Assembly: GCA_050084985.1 (NCBI GenBank)
Contig: JBITNC010000001.1
Span: forward strand, 26,474,001-26,538,000
Direction: 5' to 3'
Length of the DNA stretch: 64,000 nucleotides
Source of the DNA: Nageia nagi
Taxonomy: Eukaryota > Plantae > Pinophyta
Every line of letters begins with the position of its first letter. Position 1 is the stretch's first letter. Under the pieces are notes generated by a model, which made no database searches, was not told where the DNA came from, and was given only the letters and a program-made list of their open reading frames with translations. Of the stretch, positions 1-12,132 are shown one piece after another. A program made the translations under genes and the position numbers.

Positions 1-261
1 CTGGTGATATCATCATAAGTTTATTATCCATATTCCTATGCATTTATCCTTGCATTTGTGATCCTTTTTCGCTTTCGTTCACATTTGCAGTCTTTCCTCT
101 TTGTGGAAACGAATTTCGATGGTGAATTTTCCTTGTATACGGTTAATAACATGCATCTCTATCCATTGTGCCCTAGTGCATATTCCATGTGAGCGCTTGG
201 GGTAACCATTCCTTTCAGGAGTAAATAAGTAACGTTGTTTCCTCCGAGTCCTGTTGTTCTA
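1..261 (+). repeat. 3' part of a fourth copy of the giant gene-bearing LTR-like family, last ~35 bp missing
   Basis: Colinear with 7163-7433 (e.g. TTGTATACGGTTAA, CATATTCCATGTGAG, TGTTTCCTCC). Confidence 0.8.
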
Positions 262-1099
262 CACCTTTTGAGTAGCGGTTGAGGTGAGTGTTTGTGTTGT
301 GAGGTTGCCCTACCCTGAGGCGTCTATAACATCTGCACCTTTGAATCCATCCGGTGGTATTCCGGAACTACATTCGATCTCTTTGTCGGTAGATAGCTTG
401 TGAGAGAGCCCTTCAGTGTGGCATCCACAGATTTGATAGTGTGGTTGTTCTACAGTGGTTTTAGCAACAATATTCATCCTTTCACAACTGTGTACCCTAG
501 TTGGCTCCTTGGAGGCCAACGTTGAGCTCTCTTGGGCTTGATATTTGTTGGTATGTTTTTCTTTCCTCATCTAAAACATGCACAAGACTTGGAGGAAACA
601 ACGTTACTTGTTTTCGCTTGAAAGGACTGGTTACTGCAAGCGCTCACATGGAATATGGACCCGAGTACAGTGGATAGAGATGCATGTTGTTAATCGTATA
701 CAAGAGAAATTCACCGTTGAAATTTTTTTCCACAAAGAGAAAAGATTGCAAGAGTGAATGAAAGCAAAGAAAGATCACAAATGCAAGGATAAATGGATAG
801 GAATATAGACATAAGCTTATGAGAGTGTCACAGTGATGTAGTGTCGTAGCTGGTCATCTTCAGATTCCTTAAGAAAAATGTATTCACTTATCAAACTTGG
901 AAGCAAATAACAAAGCTCAAGTTGCTACTAGACAAGCAAGAAGTTGTAGGGTTTGTTGTGCCTACACAACACCCCCCAATTTTTTTTTTGCATTTTGAGG
1001 ACTCTAAGGAAAACAAATAGGAAATTGCATGAAAGAAATTTGTCAAAGGGAATGCATATCTTTGGGACTAGTTTCGGGAACATGTTTAAACTGCATTGT

Positions 1100-2600
1100 C
1101 ATGGTAGTCAAGTCAAAATCATGCATTTTTAGGCCTATCGAATGTCTTTTAATGAGTCCTTTTACACCCCTCTCAAACCATGCGACCAACCTCTTCCTAC
1201 GTTTTTCATCTCTTGCATTTCATGTTTAAAGGCACCCTAAAGGACTCCATGTTGTAGGAATCCATTTGCATTTTATGTGCGTCATTTTTGGTCAAAAATG
1301 CAAAGGGAAAGGAGTCATTTTCAGCCTGTTGCATGTTTTGAGGGTGTGCTTTTGCACCCTCTAGAAAAGGTGCGACCAGGGTGAACATCTTCTCACACTT
1401 AGCATTTTTGTCGTTGCATTAAGTTGTCGCATGTTTTTTCATAAGAGTCCTTTTGCACCCTTTGGAAAAGGTGCGACCAAGGTGGAGATTTCTATACTTA
1501 GCATTTTCAAACTTGTTGCATGTTTTTGGATGAGTCCTTTTGCACTCACCAAAAACGGTGGGACCAGAGGAGATTTCATACTTAGCATTTTTTTTTGGAG
1601 CATTAAGGCTGTTGCATGCTATTAGGAGAGTTCTTTTGCACTCGTCCAAGAGGGTGCAACAAAGTGGAGAATACTTAGTCATTTTCTTGGGCATCAAAGC
1701 TTGTCGCATGCTTTTTGAGGTGTCCTTTTGCGCCCATCAGTGAAGGAAAATTGGCTAAGTGTTGGACTTTGTTTGTTGACAAGTGGAAACTCATGCACTT
1801 GGACCTCCTTCCAAACCTATCACGTGGTGACACTTGTCCCAGCCGGAGGGGCTATAAAAAGGAAGTCAACCCCTTTGTTTCAGTTTGCAAACCTGTCTGG
1901 GGCAGAGCGTGGGAGTAGAGAAGAAAAAGCATTCCTTCCAGGGTGTGCGACCAAGGACCACTTGTATTTTTTTGAAGTATCTTGAGATCTCAGGCGTTGG
2001 GAAGCGTGCCAGGACTCAAGCGCAAGGATTGAGACACATGCTTTTAGCACCCATTCAAAAGGGTGCGACCAAGGGTGAAACTTCAATTTCGTTTGGAATT
2101 TGGCTAAGTGCTTAAGGGCCCAATCGCATGCTTTTCATCACGTCCTTTTGCACCCTTCAAGAGACATGCACCCTTATTCTTGGTCCGCTATTTGACCACT
2201 AGATGAACCAATCGGAAGGTGACACTTGGCAAGTACATGAATCTATAAATACCCCCATCCCATGATCATTTCAATCACTTCATTTCAGAAATACCCTCTT
2301 CCCTAGTCCCGCCATTTCTCATGCATGCTTAGGCACTCATTCCAAAACGTGCGACAAAGAAGAAGGAAGGTTTTTGGGGAACATTACACATCTAGTTAGC
2401 CTTTTTGGCCAAGGCATTTCAGTCCAACCCTTGGAGCTAGTCGCATACTTTCAAAGATGTACTCAAAACACTCATCCTAAACCATGCGCCCAGATTTGAA
2501 GTGAAGAATTTTGTCTTGGAAATTGACTAATTGACCCTAGGCCCAGTCGCATGCTTTTCTAGCTATGCTTTTGCACTCATCCAAAACTGTGTTCCTAGAT
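1100..2600 (+). repeat. Degenerate ~85-100-bp repeat array upstream of the X ORF
   Basis: Recurrent unit GT(C/T)GCATG...TTTTGCACCC...GGTGCGACC, seen more than 10 times. Confidence 0.75.
2243..2252 (+). promoter_or_regulatory. Candidate TATA box for the X ORF
   Basis: CTATAAATAC ~400 bp upstream of ATG 2651, followed by TCATTTCA initiator-like sequence; a similar GGCTATAAAAA lies at ~1851. Confidence 0.5.
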
Positions 2601-2650
2601 TGGTCAGACATCAGGAGTTGAAAGGGGAAGGAGATAAGTGATATTCTTAC

Positions 2651-5600
2651 ATGGCTTCAAACATCAGAGCACCTCTATTGAGAGCCAGGAAGATTCAAAG
2701 TTAGTTGTTCGAAAGGCATGTGACCAAAAGCCAGATGACTCAGCTTTTGAAGGAAAGCCTGATTGAATTTCAGCAGAAAGAGAAACCAGAGCTCCCTGAA
2801 GCCAAATTCAAGGGGAGACATATCTTCATTGGTGACACAGATTGGGGAAACTTGGACCCTATCCTAAACGTAGCTTCCATGTCCTCCATCAGCAAAGAGG
2901 ACTTATTAGAAGAACTCATCGACACATGCGATTTGTTCAATGCTGCTATGATGCCATTTGCAATACCTTTTCTTGACCTATGCAGTGAAGTTGCTAGGAA
3001 GTGTGAATATGAGAAAAGGGTCTTGCAGGACAGAGAGGGCAACGTGATCATAGACTTTTACCCTGCTAGAGTTGAAGCAGCCTTTGGTTGAAAAAGATAT
3101 GGGGACGATTATACATTGGCTTATTCTGAGGAGTTCTATGATTCCACAGCCCGGCGTGGGGATTACATTCGACCCTGGTTGCTTGAAGAGTATCAAAACC
3201 TTCAAGGGCAGAGATTAATCAGGCATGGAGAGAGGAATTTTTGCCAGTTGTGGCAATATTGATCACTCTCATGTCGAGGTTGACTGGTCAAGAAAATGAT
3301 ATCAAATATAGAAGAGAGTTCACAGGTTTAAGTGCAGCTATCAGTTTGGGGAGACCTATTCGATGGGTTGGGGTAATCAATGATGCCCTGTGCTACCAGT
3401 TAGCCTATTTCGGTTCCTCGAAGAAGTTCTATATGAACTCTTATCTTGTGTACTTGTTGTTGCATGGTAAAGCCAGATCCAAGGAGTTAGCTGATGAAAG
3501 GTACTTGGGGCAAAACACCCTCGTGTGGAGAGCTTACCAAAAGTGGTGGTATCAGAACACGTTCCAGTATTTCTATGAGAGGACCAATTACTGGGAGTAT
3601 GACATCTACAAGGATATCAAAGGGGAGTCTGTTGTGAAGAAGATTTCTGATGCAGCTGCTCAAGCCATCAGTGTACATGCAGATTTCTTTTTGCAAGACG
3701 TTGGCTTTACATATATCAGAGTCTATGGCTCAGAAGAGAAACACCTGCTACAGCCGAGATATGCCAATGACAGGTTCATTCTCATGGAATTTGCCAAACA
3801 ACTCTTTATTCTTGAAGGAGAAGGTCTGGAAGAAGAAGAACACCACCTTAAATTTGCCTATTTCTATATCCAGATATGTGTGCCGGACGTGGGTTGAGGC
3901 AACACATATGAGGGAAGAGCTACAACAGTACAACTTCTTCAGGGAAGCTACTGCTAGGAACTATGATCCTAAGGGGATAATTGTACATTTCTATGACATG
4001 ACTTTCTACAAGCCCATTGTGTTTCCACATAAGTCTTTGGTAATCAAAGAGAAGTATAGGAACGTGCATGATAGAGGGGAAATTGCATGAATAGATGCTC
4101 TTTTGAGCAAGAAACCTTCAAAGACCTCGAACTACCAAGCCCCGATCTAAAGAGGTCCCTCTAAAGATCAAGTCTCTTTCTGCTGCTCACACAATGTCCT
4201 CACCAAGAAAGACACTCTTGCTTCCTGAAGGAAAAAGGCAAGAGGCCCCGAGGGAGCCCATCTTAGGTTCCAGCAAACACAGTGTAATAGAGGCTAATCT
4301 CAAAGACGTTGGTTATCATGCTTTTCCCGCAGATGTGCTGGATGATGTGGTGAATGCACCTTGTGCCATTGGTTCACTCACCAAGGCAATCTCTTCCAGA
4401 TCTGCTCATTCTCCTGGTTCCAGGGAGAAAGTTTCCCCTCTACAACCAAGTTCTAGCTCTAGCCCTAGCTCTGAACGCTCCTCTTTTTCTTCCGATGAAG
4501 AAACCGATGAAGATCCTGATCGTACAATGGAAGATTCTGGAAAAGAATCAGAAAGCCGTAGCGAGAGAGAAGAAGATGATATTGATAATGTTGCGAATAT
4601 GCCTGAGCAAGAGGATGTAGCTGTAGGTGCTTCAGCATGATGAGACGTAAATTGAAACCATCTTGGATGAAAAGATAGTGGATGTTGGTACCTATGATGA
4701 TGACGTCCAGATAGTTGGAGAAAAGTGCACTAGAGAGGTGGTTGCATCTAAATCCTTTCCTGCCAAACATAGGAAGAAGTCACCTTCTTCGCATAAATCC
4801 TCCTCCAAGAGGAGTCATGATAGATCTCCCCAGCTTCCGAATAAAGGATTATCTATAGGCGCTAATGGAGGAGATGAAGAAGACGAAGGAGAGACTAAAG
4901 AACAGAAAAAGAACAGGAGGCAGGAGGAGCATCAAGGCAAAGAAATGGCCGTAGTTCAAACCACTCTAGTGAAGGAGGTCAAGACAATCGATAAAGGAAG
5001 ATTGCTGGTTCAAAGGTTTCCCCCTCGGGCAGCAACTGAACATTTGGATCTTGATCTGGATGCTTGCCTTAGAGCCCTCAGCATGTGTATGGTTCATGAT
5101 GAAGGCATATACTAGGACTTACGTTCTGAAGATGTCGAGGAAGAACTTTCAGATGGGGAGAAGATTCATAGGGTGGACATTTTTTCCTCCACCTCTCAAA
5201 AAGAGATCTCCATTAGCCATTACGACTCTCAGGAGAAGCACCCTCAGAGAGCAGAGGACTATGTCATCGAGACATTCAAGATGCCTGTGAAACTAGGGTT
5301 GACAGCTAGAAAACGCATTGTTGCTCAGAATGCTGCAGTCATTGAGTAGGAAGGCTATGAAGCCAAAAAGGAGGTGAAGAGGTTGAAGAAGGAATTCACG
5401 GCTAGGAGGAAGATCATCAAGGAGTTCCTAAAAATTAGCACCACCCCTTTAGATCTGCAGAAGCAGACTTCCTTCCATGAAGGATGGAAACTGATGGAGT
5501 AGCTTAGGAACGAAGTGATGGAGGCCATCGAGAGATTGTCTTCACAGATTTACAAACTCTTTGCTGAAGGTGTTGAAATTAGGGATCTTAAGACACAACT

Positions 5601-6155
5601 TTCAGCACACCTTAGCTCGTTGGATAGTTATCTTCCCAACGTCTCCTATCTGGAGCACATATATGCCGACAACCCTGAGAAATTGGTCTATTGCCACGAG
5701 TTCACTTATCATCACGATTGGTTGAACCACACACTTGAGAAGTGCAACGCAGTCCTGAAAATCGGAATCCCCTTGAAAAAGGAGTTCGAGGAACAGATGA
5801 GTATCTTTATCAACTCAAGTTCCAAGGGGAGGATAACAACGTTAGGAAGGAGGAGGCGGTATTGGTAGAGGCCCAAAATCTGATTTAGGAGCATCTTGAA
5901 GTTAATGATCTCAACTTGTTGAAGGCAGGACATTCCATCGTCCATGAGAAGCAAATGGTCATCTAGAGATACCAGATGCAGGTTATGTCCAAGAAGATTG
6001 AAGGATACTTCTTGTAGAGTGGCAGTACTATTGGCATGATCTCAAGGGGCATGCAGAAGACTATGGCATTCCTGGAGGAGACCATTGAGTCCTACAGTCT
6101 CACTAGCAAGGAGTGGAACTCCGCCCATATCGAATCAGATCTGGCCTATGTCTGA
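2651..6155 (+). pseudogene. Decayed ~1,170-codon ORF of unknown function (retroelement accessory-ORF-like) in element X
   Basis: ORF-track fragments 2705-3091, 3241-3897, 3650-4090, 4194-4640, 4663-5115 and 5515-5868 link through stops and frameshifts. Motifs GDTDWGNLDPI and RWVGVINDALCYQL..KKFYMNSYLVYLLLH are shared with Y and W. End position approximate. Confidence 0.85.
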
Positions 6156-6502
6156 TTCACTATGTCAGACTTTATTTCATCTGATTTGGTTGGTGTAGGG
6201 ATGAGATTTTGCTCCCGCCAAATCAAATCTGTCAGACTCATTTATGGCTTTGATCGGTGCAGGGATGAGGTTTTTCTCCCGCCGGTTTAGATGTCAGACT
6301 TTTCAGAATATTTATTGCATATCTGATTTACTGTTTCATAGATTAGATATAGATTAGATGCGTTTTGATGGTGGCATTTATATTTTGTCAGCTTTAAGTG
6401 CCACTTGCATAGTTTTTTGCGATCTGATTTTGTATTGATATGTGTGTTGTGTGTGTGTGCATCATATCAGATTTGATGCCTTTAGGGTAGTACTTCTAGT
6501 GG

Positions 6503-6513
6503 CCTATTTATAC
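6503..6513 (+). promoter_or_regulatory. Candidate LTR (U3/R) TATA box downstream of the ORF in X
   Basis: CCTATTTATAC ~960 bp before the 3' terminus; the same motif is conserved in Y at ~8052-8064; an equivalent CTCTATAAGTAAG (rev. comp.) is in W at ~40991-41003. Confidence 0.45.
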
Positions 6514-8467
6514 CCCACTCGAGCCATTTAGAAGAGGATTTTGACATGAGTGATTTTTGATATGAGGAATTTATGCATAGGATCTTGACACAATTTTGCA
6601 TGGGACTTCTGCACTTAATAAAAGCATCATATATTGGAGTTCTTGCATCTTTGAGATCCTGGCTATGGGTTTATGTATGTAATCATTTTGTGCCTTTGCA
6701 TATTATAATACTCATATTCCATTGCATAGAGGTTTGCTGCATAAGGGGTTCTATGCATGTATCTTTGTTGAAAATCATTATGAATGTGTCTATCTAGAGG
6801 AATGAAATCTTAAAGTTTATACTATGAGGAATATCATTTGTGGGATTATGCATATTTGAATGATTCTTTCTTTGAGCTGCATATTGAATATTCATGTGAA
6901 AGAGTTTGATCCTTCTTTGCATAGTTTGCATGTAAGAGGATATATTCTGAGGCTTACAACTTGTCTTTATATCATTCGGTTAGGTTATTGCACTCATGCC
7001 CTTATTTCACCTATACTCCCTCCATTAGTCTTCCACAAAGACCCTACAGCTCCTTGCTCTTGTTTGGTAGTGTTTTGAGCATATTTGCTATTTGCTGCCC
7101 AACTTGATAGTGAGTGCATCAACCTTAATAAATTTGAAGATGACCTGCTGAGACTCTGTATCCCTGGTGATATCTTCATAAGTCTTTTCCTTTGCTCGCA
7201 TTTCCTTGCATCTATCCCTGTGTTTGTCCTTGCATTTGTGATTTTTCTTCGCTTTCATTCACATTTGCATTCTTTCCTCATTTGTGGAAAGGATCTTCGG
7301 TGTGTATTTCCCTTGTATACGGTTAACAACATGCATCTTTGATTGCTGAGCCATCAAGACCATATTCCATGTGAGTGCTTGGGGTAACCAATCTTTTCTG
7401 GTGGAAACAAGTAATGCTGTTTCCTCCAAGTCTTGTGCATGTTTTGGGCAAGGAAAGAAAAACGTACCAACAGGGTCTATGATGGAAGACTCGATGGGAA
7501 TGAGATGAAGGGAAATGACCATGTGAATACATAAATTCTAGCTGAAGGACATAGAGATAAGTTGTAAGCCACATAATACATTCACTTATGTGCAAACCAT
7601 GCAATGAACAATTTAAATCACTTCAACAAATATTCAACTTTCTTCTCTTAAAACTTGCAGTTTTCAAAAAGAATGCACTTAAGCAGTAAAAACTATTCAA
7701 GCTGGTAAGAAACTCTTACAAAAATAAGATGCATGGTTCCACGAATGACAAACTTCGCAGCATTTGCTTTATAAAACCATTCCAGAAAGAAACAAACTTG
7801 CAAATATACTCAATAATATGAATATGAGCATTCCTTTCTTGATTGCAAAAGAACTCTGAATATGATATTTCAAAATGAATTAGAGATACAACAACAATAT
7901 GGCAGAAATCGTCTATGTAACCACAGTATGCAACAATCGACCATATGCAAAAGTGCCTCCATGCAATAATGATATGCAAAAATGTGTATGGCAAAAGTCC
8001 TCAATGCAATTACCAATATGCAACAATCCTGTTCTAAATGGCCTGAGTGGGGTATAAATAGGCCACTAGAAGTGTTGTCCTAAAGGCTTCAAATCTAATA
8101 CGATGTGCTCACATGCAACACACATACCAATGCAAAATTTGATTGTTTTATAAATAACTATGCAAGTGGTATTTAAAGGTTGACAAAACATAAATGCCAC
8201 TATCCAAAAATGTGTAATCTACCTCTAATCCATGCAAAAATAATTTAGAAATGCTATAAATGTCTAACATCTGAACTGTTAGGAGCAAAACCTCATCCTT
8301 GCACCGATCAGATTCATAAATGAGTCTGACAAATTTGATCTAGTGGGAGCAAAAACTCATCCCTACCCCAATCAAATCAAGTAAATGAAGTCTGAACATA
8401 ATCAAAACCACCAACAATATGCATTTAACAATTGAAAAGACTGTTACAGACAAAATCTGCAAGTGGA

Positions 8468-11400
8468 TCAAATCTAGGCCAAATTTGATTCGGCACCTAT
8501 GGAGTTCCACTTTTTGTTGGTGAGATCGTATGACTCTATGGAAATCATACCCCCAATGTTGTTTTTCTGCCTCGATCTGCTTAGACATAGCCTGCATCTG
8601 AAATTTCTAGATGACCATCTAACTCTCGTGATGAATGGGTCTGCCTGCCTTCAATAGGTTGAGATCCTTGACCTCAAGATGCTTCTAAATTAGGTTTTCT
8701 GCTTCTTCCAAGATTGCTTCTTTTCTTTGCATGTTGTTATCTTCCCCTTGGAATTTTAATTGATAAACATATTGATTCATTTGTTCTTCCACTTCCTTTC
8801 TCAAGGGTATTCTTATTTTCAATACTATATGGCACTTGTCCAGTGCATGCTTCAGCCAGTCATGCTAATACATAAACTCATGGCAGAAGACCAATTTTTT
8901 AGGTTTGTTAGCGATGATTTGCTGCAAGTGGGTGATGGTGAGGAGATAACCATCAAGCTTCTCGAGGAGGGATGTTATTTGGGATTTCAACTCCCTAATC
9001 TCAACGCCTTCATAAGGAGGCGATAAACTTGAGAAGCTATGGTTTCCATCATCTGCTTCTTCAAAACATCTTTCATTAATTCCCACCCCACATGGAATGA
9101 AGTTTAAATTCTATAGGAGTAGTACTTATAGTTTGGAATTCCTTTATGATTTTCCTATTGGCTGTGAGTTCCTTTTTGAATCTTCTCACCTCCTTCTTGG
9201 CTTCATAGCCTTCTTGTTCCATGACAACAACATTCTAAGTGACTGTGTTTTTTGGCTGACAGACCTAATTTTGCAAGCATCTTGATAGTCTCAATCATGA
9301 AATCTTCAGGTCTTTGGGATTCTTCTCCTTGGAGTAACAATGGCTAATGGAAATCTCCTTCCTAGAAGTAGAGACAAAGGTATCTACTCTCCTAACTTTT
9401 TCACCATCAGAGAGCTCCTTTTCTTCGTCCTCAAACCTTAGATCTTGATCAATGTCTTCATCATGAGCTGTGCTCATTCTCAAAGCTCTTAGGTAGGCAT
9501 CCAAGTCAAGTTTGGATGTTCGATGGATGGCTTGGGGGAAACCTCTGTACTAGCACTCTTTTTTTATTTTTCTTCTTGACTTCTTTTGTTGGAGTGGATT
9601 GAATGAGGGAAACCTCCTTAACTTGGTGCTCTTCCTGCTTCCTCTTCTTCTTCTGCTCTTCAATCTTATCTTCATCATCCTCATCTCCACCACCACCTCC
9701 TAAAGATATGACTTTTCTACGTGGTTGAGGGGATTTCTCATGGCTGGTTCTTTTCACTAAAGGCGGGGACGACTTCTTCCTATGTTCTGCAGGAGAGGGT
9801 TTGGAAGAAGGTACTTGCTTAGCATATCTCACTCCAACAATATGGACGTCTTCATCACATGTCTCAACATCAATAAACAAATCATCTTCATCAACCGGGA
9901 GAGTATCAATCTCCGTATGATCAAGTGCAGAAGCACCTACAACTACATTCTCTTGATCAGGGTAATCATCATGGGGATCGAGCTCAACATCTTTATCGTC
10001 ATCACCATCATCCTCTTCGTCTTCTTCTTCTTCTTCTTCACCACGACTCTCTTCTTCTTCTCCTTGCCTCTTTGTTTCTTCTTTTGAACCTTCTTTAGCA
10101 TAGCCGGGTTCTTCATCATCTTCTTCATTGGAAGAAGAGGTAGAGGAGTGTTCGGAAGAATTGGAACTTGGTTGCAATGGGGGAACTTTCTCTCTGCATC
10201 CAGGAAGATGAGAGGATCTCTGTGGAGTCTTCCTGATAGGGGATCACTAGCACAAGCATTCTCCAAGGGACATCATGGTAGCCAACATCCCTAGGATCAG
10301 CCACTTGTTGGCCTATCTCTGTTGTGTTGGCAACTACACTACATTTACTTGATTTCATTGAAGCATATTGCCCCAAGGTACCTTGTCTTTTCCCAATGGG
10401 AAGTAAGGATTACTTGACTTGTGGAGGTGCATTGCTAGGAGGAGGAGGTGTCTTGATCCTAAGTAGGACCTCTTTAGGTCGTTCTTTCACAGTTCTAGGT
10501 CTTTGAGGTGTCTTCTTCTCTGTTTGAAAAGGGGCCTTGTTTCTTCACAGAAGAACATCTATCTTTGCTATTTCCCCTTCATTATGCACATTCCTGTATT
10601 TCTCTACATTCCCCAAAGACTTATGCTTATACACTACAGGTTTCTGGAATGCAGTGTTAAAGAAAAGGGAAATAACATCTCTAGGATCATAATTTCTTAC
10701 TGCTGCCTCCTTGTAGAAAACATATTGCTGCAACTCCTTGATACTTTTGGCCTCAACCCAAGTCTGGAAAACATAACTCATAATGGAAATAGGAAAGTTA
10801 ATTGTAGCATCTTTCTTTCTCTATACTCGCTCCTTCAAGAACAACAATTGCCTGGCAAACTCCATGAGGACTAGCCTATTGCTAGAAGATTTGGGCAAGA
10901 GTAGAGGCTACTCTTTGGAGCCATAGACTCTGATGTAAGTGTGGTCAGTGTCGAAAACAAATCGGGCAGTTGAATGAATTCGCTTGGCAATTAGGCAGTT
11001 CCAGTTGAATGCATTTCGGATGCTTTCGAAGAGAAGTTGACTAGCTCTTCTAATGGCTAGATCCAAACCTGGATACAGGGCGGAACTGCAAGTAGAAATT
11101 TGCATGTACACTAATGGCTTGGATGGCTGCATTAGAAATCCTCTTCACCATTGACTCACTTTTGATCTCCTTGTGAATGGCATACTCCCACTCATCATTC
11201 CTCTTGTAGTAATGCCTAAACTTGTTGTGATACCACCACTTAGGGTAAACATTCAACAATGGGATGCCTTTCTTACCCAACTTTCTCTCATTTGCATGCT
11301 CCTTGGATTTGCATTTACCATGTAACAATAGATACACTAAGTAAGAGTTCATATAAAACGTCCTGGAAGAGCCAAAGTAAACTAGCTGGTGGCACAAGGC

Positions 11401-12132
11401 ATCACTGATCACCCTACTCCATCGTATGGCTCTCCCTGAATTGATCATTGCTATGAAACTGATGAACTCTTTCCTATACTTAGTGTCATTCTCCTAGCCT
11501 GTGACTCTGGACAACAAGGTGATCAACTTAAATACTTTTGGGAGGAACTCCTCCCTACAGGCACTAACCAATCTCTAGCTTTGGATACCCTGATAATCTT
11601 CATAAAACCAACATTTGATATAATCCCCAGGTTAGGCAGTAGTATCATGGAACTCCTCTAATTGGGCCAAATTGTAATCATCTCCATATCTTCTCCAATC
11701 AAAAGCAGCTTCAATCCCTTCTAGAGAGAAGTCCATGATCACGTTTCCTTCCGTGTCCAAGAAACCTCTCTTATCATATTTGCAGTGTTTGGATACTTCA
11801 TAGCACAAGTCAGGAGAAGGAACAACAAAAGGCATCATAGTGGCAATGAATAATCCACAAGAGTGGATAATCTCATCTGTAAATCTTCTTCTTTAATAGA
11901 AGCAGTGGATGCTATAGTCTGGATGGGATCAACATTTCCCCAATCTGTATCTCCAACAAAAGTGAATCTCCCCTTGAATTTGGCTTCAAGGAGCTCTAGT
12001 TTTTCTCTTTCTTGAAACTCAATCTGGCTTTCTCTCATAATTCTCTCCATACGATCTTCTGTGATGTCTCTCAAAGAGTTGCTTTTGAATTTTTTTGGAT
12101 TTGGATGGGATGGGCTTTGCCCTAGAACTCAT
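8468..12132 (-). pseudogene. Decayed ~1,220-codon homologue of the X ORF in element Y
   Basis: Begins MSSRAKPIPSKSKKIQKQLFERH; fragments with GDTDWGNVDPI, RWSRVISDALCHQL..FYMNSYLVYLLLH, an acidic S/E-rich middle and C-terminal GVEIRELKSQ...LVFCHEF, all colinear with X. Confidence 0.85.

Larger units (their letters stand above)
954..7472 (+). mobile_element. Element X: giant solo-LTR-like element (6,519 bp) carrying one long ORF
   Basis: Starts TGTTGTGCCTACACAACA, ends AAACGTACCAACA; TSD GGGTT/GGGTC (949-953 / 7473-7477, one mismatch); no gag/pol and no paired direct repeats. Confidence 0.9.

Noticed and set aside
1100-2600. CRISPR-like or satellite interpretation of the repeat arrays
   Set aside because: Eukaryotic context; units are degenerate with no constant repeat/unique spacer structure and lie inside retroelement termini.
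546-7472. Apparent DNA transposon with ~400-bp terminal inverted repeats
   Set aside because: Flanks do not form a TSD (ATATT vs GGGTC). The inverted repeats are the 3' ends of two different nested elements, Y and X.
2651-12132. X/Y ORFs as host genes or a convergent gene pair
   Set aside because: They are intronless, riddled with stops and frameshifts, and enclosed by element termini with TSDs.
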